Source: Chrysomallon squamiferum
Taxonomy: Eukaryota > Animalia > Mollusca
Direction: 5' to 3'
NCBI GenBank assembly: GCA_012295275.1
Contig: CM022677.1
Coordinates: 27,714,001 to 27,778,000 of the forward strand
Length of the DNA: 64,000 bases
Part shown: piece after piece, positions 15,643 through 28,208 of the stretch
Position numbering within the stretch: position 1 is the first letter of the stretch
Layout of the letters: every line of letters begins with the position of its first letter
Notes under the pieces: model-generated
The model's input: only the letters and a program-made list of their open reading frames with translations
Databases searched by the model: none
What the model was told of the DNA's origin: nothing
Program-made: the position numbers and the translations under genes

Positions 15643-16371
15643 AATTATAAAACCAGACACGCGTGAACCGATATTGCCAATTTCGTTCGAAGCGTACACA
15701 AACGGATTCCTAGAGATGGTCTACAGTATATAAGGATATCGGAGTTATCTCCCTTCCCGTATAATGATGCAGACAGAGAACGTGGATATTTTCCATAGTG
15801 ACTGTACTATGGAAACAAGACTTATTCGTCACTTTTTTCCACTAACGTAAGATGTGTAATCCTCATGTCGTATTTCTTTTATTAATCTGGGATAATTCTC
15901 TTTTCTATTGCGGGAATTACCGACAGTAATTATCTCCTATATTATTAAGCTTAATGGAGAAATAAAAGGTTCTGACGTCAGGAAAACAAATCGTCGTTTC
16001 CTTAGTGATATCGTACGTCACACACACGTTTTACGTCACACATTATTTTATTACGGTTTGGTCAGTAATAGCAGCTATAGTAGAATATCATTATCAGTAC
16101 TTTTCTACTTTAGTAATAATGATGATGTAAATGATGGTGTAAGTGATGACGATGCTGATGGTGTCAGTGGCACACTTCTTCAATAATAAGACCGTAGTTA
16201 TCTCCCTCTGAGAATTTAGGTGATAGCATTTATCTCCCTTATCGGCAAGTTTTCAAAGTAACTGATGAGTTATTTGACTTGTCTTGTTATGTACGTCTAG
16301 TTTGTAACTATCAAAACGTTACTTTAATGTTACGTTTTTCTGTCTTCTTGTCTGTCTGTCTGTCTTTCTGC

Positions 16372-16495
<124 letters not shown>

Positions 16496-16632
16496 GAGAA
16501 GCAAATTTACATAATGAGCACGAGAACACGCACACACAAAAATCAGACACGTGTTTGAACTTTTATCTCACATTGTCGCTGTATTTCAGAGAAATAAACA
16601 TATTCATTCCAAAATATTCACCGTATTATTAT

Positions 16633-16679
<47 letters not shown>

Positions 16680-17376
16680 TTGTGTGTTTGTGTGTATGTA
16701 TATAACATTAATATATATTATTCATAATTTATATTTTCATTTACTGAAGGTTTATCTTAATTAATACTAAACTGGACCTTTGAAATTCATTACTGTTATT
16801 GTTAGGAAAAAATTACAAAGTATGAAATGAAAAATAAAGTTTAGTAGTTTCTGTGATATGATTATTCCAATATTAATAAACTTAATATCTGCATCTACTT
16901 TCCCTTCATATCTTTTAGGGAAACACATTTTTTAATGGAAATTTAGTCTCATTATTTGGATTTCTTTTCAAATTCAAACTAAGCCGGACTGTAATTAAGT
17001 ATATCAATACCTATCTAGTCAACATTTTTTTTTATTAATAGTAAATTATACATAGGGCAGATTGGTGTCTGTTTGCGATATGGTCAGTTGGATATTGGCT
17101 ATTTTATTAACAATTAAGAATATTTAAATAGGAAAATCTGGGACAAAAACATTCATTTTAGTGTAATCGAGTCAGAAAATACGTAGACAGAGGTAGATTT
17201 ATAATTCTTGTGATTAAAGTATTTAATTTGATATGTGTTTATTTATTTGTTTATTTGTTTGTTTGTTTGCTTATTTATTTGTTTATTTGTTTGTTCGTAT
17301 GTTTGCTTATTTGTTTATTTGTTTATGTGTTTGTTTGTTTCTATATTTATTTATTTGTTTATATATTTATTTTCAG

Positions 17377-17786
17377 ATGAAGCTTGTGGTGTTCAGAAAA
17401 ACAGTTTTGTTGTTGTTCTCCATCTTCTCTTTTCTGCTACAAGGTAAATCATATTAATACTGTTAATTTTGCTCTGACATCGTCATTATAATTACAATTA
17501 TTACCGTCGGTAGATAATTTAAGTTCTAATGTGGGTTTTTTTTTTATTTAAGTTGCTTCTATTGGCATCAGCTTGGACAACAGCAGAGAAGAAAGAGAGT
17601 TTACAAAAAAGGTAAACTTCAGTTTTCTCTTCTTTCCATTTCTTTCATGTTTTAGGAATAAATCGATAGATCAGTTTGTTAAAAACAAGTTGTTAGGCTT
17701 TTTTTTCTGAATATTCTCTGTTCCGTCTCCAGTTTATTTTAGTTGATTTTCAAAGAATACACTGTTCAGTTATAAATATTTATTTT

Positions 17787-17817
<31 letters not shown>

Positions 17818-19292
17818 TTATTTCTATCTTTATTTTTCTAACTGCTACTACTTTCACACTATCACTACTTCTACTACTTCTGCTGCTGCTACTACTACTT
17901 ATTTATTTCTACTGGTATCATGCTGTCACTATCACTAATTCTACTATTACAACTACACTTATTATCACCACTATAAGTTTATTAATAAGACTACTGTTAG
18001 TACTGTTGTAACTACCACTATTAGTACAACTAATACTGCTGCTGCTACTATAGCTACTACTAGTCCTCCTACTAATACTACTACCACTAACTTTACTATT
18101 ACTGCTGTGATCATTACTATTACAAATACCATTACTACTGTGATTATTACTATTACAAATACCGTTACTACTGTAATTATTACTATTACAAATACCATTA
18201 CTACTGTAATTCTTACTATTACAAATACCATTACTGCTGTGATTATTAATATTACAAATACCGTTACTACTGTAATTATTACTATTACAAATACCATTAC
18301 TACTGTGATTATTACTATTACAAATACCATTACTACTGTAATTATTACTATTACAAATACCATTACTACTGTAATTCTTACTATTACAAATACCATTACT
18401 ACTGTAATTATTACTATTACAAATACCATTACTACTGTGATTATTACTATTACAAATACCATTACTGCCGAAGTTACTATTACTTTTATTACTATTGCAA
18501 ACACGATTACTATTACTAGAGCTACTATTAATACTTACATTATTTTTCTTACAACAGCAACTACTACTACTACCGTTACTACTACTACTACTACTACTAC
18601 AACTGTATTTTACTGTTACTGTGTGTTACTGTTTATAGATAAAGGTGAAGAGGTCACCTCATGATTACAGTCCAGTCCACGGACGAAGCTGCAGCGCTGA
18701 AGAACCAGAGTGAGTAATTTATTTGAGTTTGAAAAACAAGTTCTGTCAACTGCCAAAGTAAAACGTAGTTTTTTTTTTGTTTTTGTTTTAAACAAAAATA
18801 GTAACACACCACGTCGTATCTTGATACATCAAAACTTCAGCTAATGCTTACTGAATTAATATAATCTCTTAAACTTAAATTTGAATTTGATGTATTTTGT
18901 AAAGAAATGAACACTGGAAAAAGAAGAAGAATGAGGGAAAACAAATATAAATAAATATATAAATAAAATATAAAAGAAAAAATATATATAAATAAAAATA
19001 TAAAAGAAGAAAAAACAATAAAAAAAAAAAAAAGAAAGAAAAAAAAAATAAAACGAAAAAAAAAAAAACACGAAAGAAAAAATAAAAGTAAAAAAAAAAA
19101 AAAAAAAATAAAACGAAAGAAAAAAATAAAGATAGAAAAAATAAAAACAAATAAACATGAAAGAAAACAAATAAAGATATAAAAATAAAAATAAATAAAC
19201 ACGAAAGAAAGAAAACTAAATATAATAGAACCACTGAAAGCGAATACATTTGTATATCTCTCTGTCCGTCTGTTTCTGTGTCTCTCTTTCTA

Positions 19293-19327
<35 letters not shown>

Positions 19328-19525
19328 GGTGTATACATAATATATCTTCCAGTAGTATTACAGTTGTGATGCTGTTTTCAGAATCACAGTTAAAACGAAC
19401 GACATGAACATCTCACCCGTCACGTTTAACATCACACACGAAACTGGAGATGTCGTAAAAGATTGCGCGAACGTAAACGAAGTACTTACGTTTGAAGTCA
19501 AAATAAACCCAGGTACTACTACTGT

Positions 19526-19582
<57 letters not shown>

Positions 19583-19759
19583 AACTATAATTGCATCCGC
19601 TCCTACTACTGTTCCCTCCTACTACTGCTCCTACTACTACTCTACTGCTGCAACTATAATTACAACTACTTACTACTACTACTACAACTACTACTACTAC
19701 TACTACAACTATTCCTTTTACTACTACAGTTGACTCTACTACTACCACTGCTGCCACTG

Positions 19760-19792
<33 letters not shown>

Positions 19793-22494
19793 TACAATAC
19801 TACTACTACTACTTTTACTGTTACTATTACTAACTCTACGACGACTACGACAACTACTACTACCATACTACTAGTATTGCTGCTGACCCAACTACTAGGA
19901 CTATTACAACAACTACTACCATGAGAATTATTATTAGTATACTATTACTAATGTCACTACTGCTAAAACTAGTCCTACCATTGATGTTAATACATTACAA
20001 CTATTACTACTACTACTACTACTACTACTGCTACTATTACAAAACTATTAATATTATAAATATACTGCTACTCTCACTGTTAATACTACAATTACTACTA
20101 CTTCCATTACTATTATGCTATATGCTACTAGGCCTAATATTAATAGCAATATATTACTATAAGCACTGCAACTAGTACTACAAATATTACTGCTGGTGAA
20201 ATTACTATCACTGCTAACTTAAATCTTACTATTACAATTACTATTACTACTATAATTACTTCTAGTACTTATATTACTATTTCTAGTACTACTAGTACTA
20301 CTATTGCCATTTCTACTACAATTACTTCTAGTACTTATATTACTATTTCTCTACTACAGATACTATTTGTACTACTATTACTATTTGTACTACTACTACT
20401 ATACTACTACTACTACTACTACAACTACTACTACTACTACTACTACAACTACTACAACTACTACTACAACAACTACAACTACTAATACAACTACAACTAC
20501 AACTACTACTACTACTACTACTACTACAACAACAACTACTACTACTACTACTACAACTACAACAACAACAACAACTACTACTACTGCTACTATTACTATT
20601 ATTACAATGTTCGTTTTAGATTCCATCAGCTGGGTGCCCCCCACTTCAGATGTGACGCCTAAAACTCAGGATATGCTGTCTAAGAACTGGCATGTATATG
20701 AGAATAACGAAGAGAAATGCAAAGAATACTGCACACGCGATGCTAAATGTAAAGCATACGAACACGTCGAGGTTCCAGGCTTCAAGAAAATGTGTGTGTT
20801 CTATGTAGATAAAACACATATTGTTCACTTTCCAAACGGGATATATTCTAACTATTTCGTAAAAGTGAAATGCGAAACCTCTGGTAAATATAATATTGAC
20901 CAGTTCAGCAATTTATTTATTTATTTATTTTTTTGTTTGTTTGTTTGTCTGTTTGTTTGTTGGCTTGTTTGTTTGTTTGTTTATTTAAATATTTAAAGTT
21001 TCGCACCCCCCCAAAAAATAGTGTTGAATGTTATTTTCTATCGTTTTATTTTTTGTTATTTTGGTATTATTATAATTTAAAATTACTTCCTTGTCGTTGT
21101 AGTAGTTGCTTTAGTAGTCGTCGTCTTTGTTGTTGTTGTTACTATTTTTATTATTCTCATGATAATGATTATTACTGTTACAGTTACGTTTGTGGTTATT
21201 CCTGTCGTTATCCTTGTCCCTGTCGTCGTTGTCGTCGTTGTTGTCTTTGTTGCCATCGTTGCCGTCGTCGTTTTTGTTATTGTTGTTCTTCTTTGTTGTG
21301 TCTGCTTCTGCTTGTCTCTGTCTGTCTTTATCTCTCCATTTCTTTCTTCGTCTCTCATGCATTTGATTTACATCTACAACAACAACAACAACTACTACTA
21401 CTACTACAATTACTACTTCTGCTACTACTACTACTATTACTACTTCTGCTACTACTACTACTACTACTACTACTATTGCTTCTACAACTACTACTACAAT
21501 TACTACTACTACACCTTATGCTGTTGCTACTATTATATTATCGGTTCTACACTAGTGCTTCTATTGCTACCACTATTCTTACTGATCTGTCTTTGTACGT
21601 GTGCGTGTGTGCTTGTGTGTGCGTGTGTGTGTCATTTCGTACAATCGACGTCTCAGTATATATTTTTTTTTGGATTAACAGAAGGCTGTTCAACTTATGA
21701 AGTAAAAACAAGACCAAAGGACGGTTTAGTCAAAGAAATGGAGAACGTAGACGAGGATAACTGCAAAAACGATTGCTCCAAAATCATCGGCTGCAAGGTT
21801 GTGATGTACGACGGCACGTTGAAATGGTGTGTGCTGTCTTCGTCGGTTTTAGTCACGTACAAAGACATCGTTGGTGAAAGCAGTGACAAGAAAGTGATAA
21901 CGAAAGGTATGTCTGTATATAAGAGTGTGCGTGTGTGTGATGTGTAAAACTCCGCAACGCTCTCTCCGTCTCGTTCAGTATCCGAATCCGAACATCAGCA
22001 TTTCTCAAACAGAAATTCGTTAAGTATCATGACACCATGCCAGTGCTGTAATATCAACATCCAGTGACAGCTGAGCAAGTTTACAGTTCTTCAGTTGACA
22101 GACTTTACGTCACTGTTAACTTTGTGAACTGGTTTGTACAGCCCGAGTCTCTCATCCTATCAACAGTCTTTTCAGTTTTTCCACTAAACAAAACTGTCAG
22201 ATCGTTTTATGTCTTGAAATTTTTTTTTGTTTTTTTATCTTACATGGTATCGAAAAACACTTATGATATATATGTTTATTTTTGTTTTCTAGCCGTTTCG
22301 AGTATTGCTGTTGAGTCGTTAACTATAGACAATGGTCAAAGTGGTTCAGATCTGGAAAGCATCATTGAAAACATCATTGAAAACAGGTGAGTAATATTTA
22401 AAATATTTAAAGTCGATTAAAAAAACCAGCAACATAAAAAACAACAAAACTATCCATAATACAGCAAAAAACACATATTATTATTATTAGCATC

Positions 22495-22545
<51 letters not shown>

Positions 22546-23117
22546 TTGTGTATCTAGTTGCCCCACCAGTGAAGGTAAAAAGTTTCTGGTGGAGAGTCAC
22601 GTTCAAGATGAAGGCGTCCAAACTTAGCAAAACAAATAAAGTTTCATTTTCATGCACGATTAAATTGTGCTCGATGGAAAATGAATCTTTCTGCAAGGTA
22701 AACGCACTCATGTGTTCTTAGTACTATCATTTATTTACTTATTTAATTAATTAATTAATTTATTTGTTTGTTTGCTTGCTTGTCTGTTTGTTTATTTGTT
22801 TATTTGTTTATTTATTTTGTTAGTTCTTTCGTTCTGCAAAACAGCGATTGATTTACTAATTACAATGTATTTTATTATTTGTTTGTTATTTTAAAGTAGA
22901 GGCGCAAAAAGTCATATCAGGCTGAGCACATTTTCCATACCGGTTTATGGTTGTTATTATTCTAATTTATAATTAAATATTAATTTAATCAAAGTTTAAT
23001 TACAACTTGTACTAGTCCTACTACTGCCACTTCTACTCCAACTATTTATTACCACTACTACTACTGTTGTGACTACTACAACTACCACTTCTATAACTAT
23101 TGCTACAACTACTACTG

Positions 23118-23157
<40 letters not shown>

Positions 23158-23243
23158 CACCACCACCACTACTACTACTACTACTGCTGCTGCTACTACT
23201 ACTACTGCTACTACTACTACTACCACAACTACTGCTACTACCA

Positions 23244-23274
<31 letters not shown>

Positions 23275-23297
23275 CACTACTACAACTACTACTACTG

Positions 23298-23341
<44 letters not shown>

Positions 23342-23758
23342 GCTACTACTACTACAACTACTACTACTACTACCACTACTACTACTACTACCACCACTAC
23401 TACTACCACTACTACAGCTACTACTACTACTACTACTACTGCTACAACTACTACTACTGCTACTACTACTACTACAACGACTACAACTACTACTCCTTTA
23501 TACAGGATACGTGTGGAGGAAACCCGGGAAGCGGAAGATGGGGCGAGTTCTCACACGTAACTTTTAGGAAGGACGTGATCTTGGTTGACCTGTCTACTCA
23601 GTCTGTATCGGGTGAGTGATTCTGTCACTTACATTAACGAGTAAGTAATCTTGTAAGTTTTGTAATTTTCAAACAGTTTTCTTTACTCTGTTTCAGGTGG
23701 AGAGACTGAAGAGACTAATAATAACATCCCTCAGAAGCTGTTTCCTTCTCAGAATTAA
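17377..23758 (+). CDS. Secreted PAN/apple + ZP-C-like domain protein gene (multi-exon; frame disrupted as assembled)
   Basis: GT-AG exons: 17377-17443 signal peptide MKLVVFRKTVLLLFSIFSFLLQ; 17572-17611 and 18639-18709 (tentative, phases do not join cleanly); 19382-19512 (ISPVTFNITHETGDVVKDCANVNEVLTFEVKINP, ZP-C start); 20620-20883 PAN; 21682-21906 PAN; 22293-22386 (SIAVESLTIDNG...IIENS); 22558-22697 (CPT.../VTFKMKASKLSKTNKVSFSCTIKLCSMENESFCK); 23506-23611; 23697-23758 stop; AATAAA at ~23770. Confidence 0.75.
18110..18470. repeat. 33-bp intronic minisatellite (TACTATTACAAATACCATTACTACTGTAATTAT)n
   Basis: About 11 tandem copies; source of the spurious VMVFVIVIITV ORFs. Confidence 0.9.
20620..20883 (+). 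CDS. PAN/apple domain exon 1 (phase 1-1, 264 nt)
   Basis: NEEKCKEYCTRDAKCKAYEH...MCVFY...SNYFVKVKC: C-x3-C-x5-C-xn-C PAN pattern; TTTTAG acceptor and G|GTAAAT donor. Confidence 0.85.
21682..21906 (+). CDS. PAN/apple domain exon 2 (phase 1-1, 225 nt)
   Basis: DEDNCKNDCSKIIGCKVVMYDGTLKWCVLSS: same PAN Cys spacing; ACAG acceptor and AAG|GTATGT donor. Confidence 0.85.
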
Positions 23759-23941
23759 ATTTAAATTTAAAATAAAATGAAATTTGATACATCGTCTTCG
23801 TTATTTTAATTTATTTTTTCATACAATTTAAGCATCGTCTCCTTTATCCTTTCAAATGATGTTATGACGTAATAAGTTTGGACGCATATATTAAATCTCA
23901 AAGTCGAATCACAGCTCATAAATATCAGATGTCTCTGACGA

Positions 23942-24127
<186 letters not shown>

Positions 24128-24128
24128 G

Positions 24129-24180
24129 GATACTGGGGATACGGTAGTATCCTACTTATATACTACTCTAACATGCACAA
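24129..24180. repeat. Left inverted repeat of the viral element with hairpin GGATAC-GGTA-GTATCC
   Basis: GATACTGGGGATACGGTAGTATCCTACTTATATACTACTCTAACATGCACAA aligns to the reverse complement of 29774-29836 (GAAACTGAGGATACGGGAGTCGTATCCTACTCATGTAATACTACTACTCTAAGTATTGCACAA). Confidence 0.8.
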
Positions 24181-24198
24181 ACAACAAACAAAGTCAAT

Positions 24199-24520
24199 TT
24201 AAAATTTATAGCTTTTATTTCTATTAGAACAAATTTGACAGAATACATGATTGTCGAACAATTCATATGTAGAGTCCCATACATCATTAATAAAGACAAA
24301 AAATTTAGGTTTACAATCATTCCAAATAAAATGAAAAGTTTTAAAATGAGTTAAGCAATTAAAATCAATAAAATGACAGTCATCTAAAATATCGAACAAG
24401 AAAGGTTGAATGTACAAAGCACAAGCGACAGAAGTTACAGTATTAGCATGTTCAGATTTAAGCAAGCGATTAACAGTTAAATCTCCAGTAGTTAAATGTT
24501 CAAGTTCTTTCCAGTTTGAT
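24199..24520 (-). pseudogene. Terminal small Cys/His/aromatic-rich viral ORF (possibly NS3-like accessory protein)
   Basis: ACALYIQPFLFDILDDCHFIDFNCLTHF...NHVFCQICSN with terminal CxxC; minus-strand AATAAA at 24214-24219 overlaps its end. True start uncertain. Confidence 0.45.
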
Positions 24521-24581
24521 GGTCACATTTGATCGAATTAGTGTCCATTTAACGAACAGACTCGAGCTCAGATAGGTTGAT

Positions 24582-25995
24582 CTAGCGGCTGTAGTGAAGA
24601 TCGTATTGAATTTCAGTTTCTTCATACTCGAAAGTGAATTCGTCCACGAAGTTGATGGCAGGTTCATCCCGTAGATTCACTCCTTGTTCTTCGAAGAAAT
24701 CGTGCAACTCTACCCACATTTTAGGATTCGGAAATTTGGCATCAGACAACAATGCCCGACAAGCGTCAGGATCTCCAGTTAAATTAAACCGGTAAATGCT
24801 GTTCTCGATGGCGTCCGCGTCTATTGAATCCAAATCAGCAAACAGATTCTTGTTACTGCACATAAAGACCCGAGTCTTATGTATAGCTTTTGGAGACTTG
24901 TTCTTGATTTCAACGTCGACATCGTTTCCACGGAGAAGAGATTTGTATCTTTCCTTGGTGAGTTTAGAGATGTTAGCTTCGTCTTCCAGGATAATTATTT
25001 TCTCAGTGCAGCTTTCAAAGAACAGTCGTTCGTCTTTGCCAGCACGCCCAACAGCAGTTGAAGGAAGTAGCCCAACAGCAGTTGAAGGAAGTAGCCCAGC
25101 AGCAGTTGAAGGAAGTAGCCCAGCAGCAGTTGAAGGAAGTAGCCCAAGCAGCAGTTGAAGGAAGCAGAGTGAATGGTTCGATAAGCCAATAAGACTTATC
25201 AACGGTCGACGGTCCTTCAATGTAGATTGTGTTTCTGTGGATATCCGATTTTGTTAATATTGCTAAACATTTAGCAACAACATCCATTGGATCCATGTCG
25301 TTAAGAATACACCAGAAAATAAACTTTGTAGCAGATTCTTTTGGTGATGCAATCTTCAATCCATTACGTTCTTCTGTTGGTAATTCGAGTTGTCGAAGAT
25401 ATTCAATGAAGTCGCCAAGATCTTGTTTGTCGTTAACTTCTAATAGTTCCTTGACGATACGTTGGCAGGAATGATTTGTTTTGATATATTTAAATCCACC
25501 AAATTTTCCTTCTCCTTCTGTTCCATTTATTTTGTTGAATTCGGATTCTTCTTTATGTAACATCACCCAAGCTGTCAAGTCCGACTCAGAAACTGCATGG
25601 GAAGCCTCCAGAAGTTTCTCAACGACATCAGTAATTTTACAATTCTTGTCGTCCAGCTTGAGTCGCTTTTGCTTGGTTTGTATTTCAGCGTCCTCACTCG
25701 CGAAGTCGTCGAAAGACAGGTCGAGTTTCCGGACAAGAGATATACCTCTTCGTTTCGTCGATTCCTCCATGGGATGAAAACAACTTGCTGACGGTTGTCT
25801 CGCAAAATCGTTCGGTTCTTCGTCGTTTTTCTGTACGTCATTTTGTCCGCTTCGTCCGATAGTCCACGAATCCGCAGGTCCCCATGCGTCCGATGAAGTT
25901 GTAGTTGTTTCTGCATCTTCGTTAACGTCCTCTGTCATGTCAGCCGGTAGCAGTTCCTCTGAACCGACTGCAGGTAGGTCGTTCCAATCTACCTG
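24582..25995 (-). pseudogene. NS1: NS1/Rep central region and SF3 helicase domain (frameshifted)
   Basis: RNTIYIEGPSTVDKS (Walker A, G>D), FFESCTEKIIILEDE (Walker B), YKSLLRGNDVDVEIKNKS (B'), RVFMCSN (motif C), AIENSIYRF (Arg-finger position is S). The track ORFs 25015-25938 and 24582-25220 are joined by a 1-nt frameshift in a 24-bp repeat. Confidence 0.92.
25046..25164. repeat. 24-bp tandem repeat x5 inside the NS1 helicase
   Basis: (CCA[A/G]CAGCAGTTGAAGGAAGTAGC)n; the last copy has an extra A. Confidence 0.95.
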
Positions 25996-26019
25996 CTGTT
26001 AGATCGTAAGTAAATATAA

Positions 26020-26294
26020 CCTAACCTAATTTGATTTGTTTAAGATAGAGTAAATAACCTTCCAACTGTTTAAGTTTCTGACATTTAATTTCATAACCAG
26101 CTTTTCGAGCAGCACCATACATCGCTCTAAAATCTTCATCGTGATGGATAGTGTGACCTATCGCCAGTCTTAGAACATACTAAATGAAGATGTCTGTATA
26201 TATTGTACATTCAGAAGAACCGTCGTTTATTATTACAACAAGACTTTGACGAGTTTGATGGTTGTTAGGACGTTCAACCTCATCACTAGCAGCA
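26020..26294 (-). pseudogene. NS1: NS1 N-terminal HUH endonuclease remnant (not in the ORF track)
   Basis: Manual minus-strand translation across two frameshifts: RQSLVVIIND (motif I-like) / YRHLHLVCS (HUH, HLH at 26184-26192) / IHHDEDFRAMYGAARKAGYEIKCQKLKQLEGYLLYLKQ (motif III Tyr, 26039-26056). Confidence 0.75.
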
Positions 26295-26333
26295 CTAGAG
26301 GTTAGAAAGAATTTTAATTTATTTAAAAACAAT

Positions 26334-26862
26334 TTAATAGGAGATGGCAATATCTAGTTTCGTAGATAGTTTAGCAACCATCCGTTTAGATAATTCATTA
26401 GGCATGGCATAGATATTGTAAGGTTTACCAGATATGTGAAATTTTTTATTTTTTCTCCTAATCACTGGAGAAATGTAACGACACGGAGAACAATTGTTGT
26501 AACTCCTTATCGTCCATTTCTAATCCTGAGTTTGGTCGGATGATGATGCGGAAATATTTGGTTGACATGGCTGTATATCGTGTCTATGTCTAAATCTTTT
26601 ACTTTCTCTTAAATCTAATCTATTGCCTAAAGATCTTCTACGTCTACGAGTAGGACTTTAGGATTAGTATTGGTAGGTTTATTAATAGGTTTTAAACAAG
26701 TTTTATCGCTATCACCTGATGCTGTACAAGAAGCTTGTCCAGACGTTAAGCCAGCCCAAGCGTTACGTTCGTTTTCGTCTAAGTCAGAATCACTGTCGTG
26801 TCTAAGTCTACTTGGGCAATAACCGTCGATGCGATCAACTTGTAAATTTCGACCAAATAGCA
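26334..26862 (-). pseudogene. One or two further decayed small viral ORFs
   Basis: After a strong acceptor: LFGRNLQVDRIDGYCPSRLRHDSDSDLDENE.../SPTRRRRSLGNRLDLRESKRFRHR (NLS-like); then GCCATG MSTKYFRIIIRPNSGLEMDDKELQQLF/..KFHISGKPYNIYAMPNELSKRMVAKL. Confidence 0.4.
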
Positions 26863-26900
26863 CTGAAATACAAGAAGAAGAAGAGCAACCTTCAGTATTC

Positions 26901-27098
26901 TTAGTTTTGGTAGTTTTTTAATGCATTTCTAATCGCTTCTATTTGTCCTTGATGACGTTTTAATACCAAATCAGTAGCTGTTATTATATTGATTATAGAA
27001 TTGTTGTATTTCGTTATTAATTGTTCCAATAATACCAGCAGCTGGTAATGTATTTGGACATTTTTAATATCATTTTCTACTTTAGTAATTCTATCCAT
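26901..27098 (-). CDS. Small viral ORFan (65 aa, coiled-coil-like)
   Basis: CCATGG start context; MDRITKVENDIKNVQ...HQGQIEAIRNALKN shows heptad periodicity. Confidence 0.45.
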   Translation of the reverse strand: MDRITKVENDIKNVQIHYQLLVLLEQLITKYNNSIINIITATDLVLKRHQGQIEAIRNALKNYQN

Positions 27099-27125
27099 GG
27101 AGAATCAAATGTAAATCTAGGTATA

Positions 27126-27380
27126 CTAATTGGTAATTAATTGGTGAACATAATGGTGTAAATCGGTAACATATTCAACATTCGTTATTTCATTCGGTAA
27201 TCTATTATGAATTAAATTCGTAACACTATCTTCGGTTGGATGATGTTGTAATTTTGTAGTAATTTCGTTATCGACAGTTTGTTTCATCTCCTGTGTATGT
27301 TTTTGTTCGGATTGATCAGCTGTGGTTTTCTCATACAACGTAATTAGACTTTTGCACTTCGACTCTATGTTTAATTGCAT
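27126..27380 (-). CDS. Small viral ORFan (84 aa, helical)
   Basis: ATG-initiated intact ORF inside the element, same strand, packed against its neighbours. Confidence 0.4.
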   Translation of the reverse strand: MQLNIESKCKSLITLYEKTTADQSEQKHTQEMKQTVDNEITTKLQHHPTEDSVTNLIHNRLPNEITNVEYVTDLHHYVHQLITN

Positions 27381-27439
27381 CCATTAACATGTCAATACAT
27401 GCATTCGTATACTTTCTAAAATATTTTGCAAAATTATTA

Positions 27440-28177
27440 CTATTAATTAGTTTTATCTTTATAATGACCAAGTATATTTGGATGTCTTTGTTCCAATAAG
27501 TTGTGTACCGACGTCATAATCATCACGTGTGTCAAACGATGTCGTCAGTCGATGCATCAAGTAATTAAACGGTCCAAACGGCGGTTGATTTATAGAAATA
27601 TAGGATCACGATGTCCTCATATTGCACTATAATTAGGTCTAACTAAACGAGCACTAAAACACATCATATAATATACATAGTAAATTTTTCCAGAGACGAT
27701 ATATTTATTTTCGACTGAATATCTACCAATATCTGGACCGTAAACATCGAAAGTTTTCATTTCGACTCTGTGATTAACACGTTTAGTTAAGACGAAATAT
27801 TAACCGTGATTTCCTTCTTTCATTTTATCGGCAAATTCAATCATACCATCGAACTGACTGAAATCTTCAAAATAACCAGTTTCGAATGTAGTGAATAATA
27901 CTCCAACAGGATCAAACTGCCACATAAAAAGTATTATTCTGATGATTTGTTAATATGTTATCTTCTTCGGCATCAGTATTATGAAGCATTGATAAATCGC
28001 AGCAAAACAAAAAAACATCAGGATTAACTTGACAAGTTGATTGAAATCCATTAAATGGTAGAGGTGTGCGGGAATAATTCCATTCGTTTAAAATTTAGGT
28101 TGTTGAACGAATTCATACTGATCATTTTCAGTATCATTCATATCAATTTCTGGAAACGAACGGTAATCATATGGAAT

Positions 28178-28208
<31 letters not shown>

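Noticed and set aside
22990-23500. Poly-Thr stretch as a mucin-like exon of the ZP gene
   Set aside because: (ACT)n intronic microsatellite; a clear acceptor at 23505 follows it and the paralog has a different-length tract.
25046-25164. 24-bp repeats as a mini-CRISPR or replication origin
   Set aside because: No spacers; it is an expansion of NS1 coding sequence.
25575-25916. 113-aa ORF overlapping NS1 as a possible NS2
   Set aside because: Position is plausible but there is no recognisable motif; cannot be supported without homologs.
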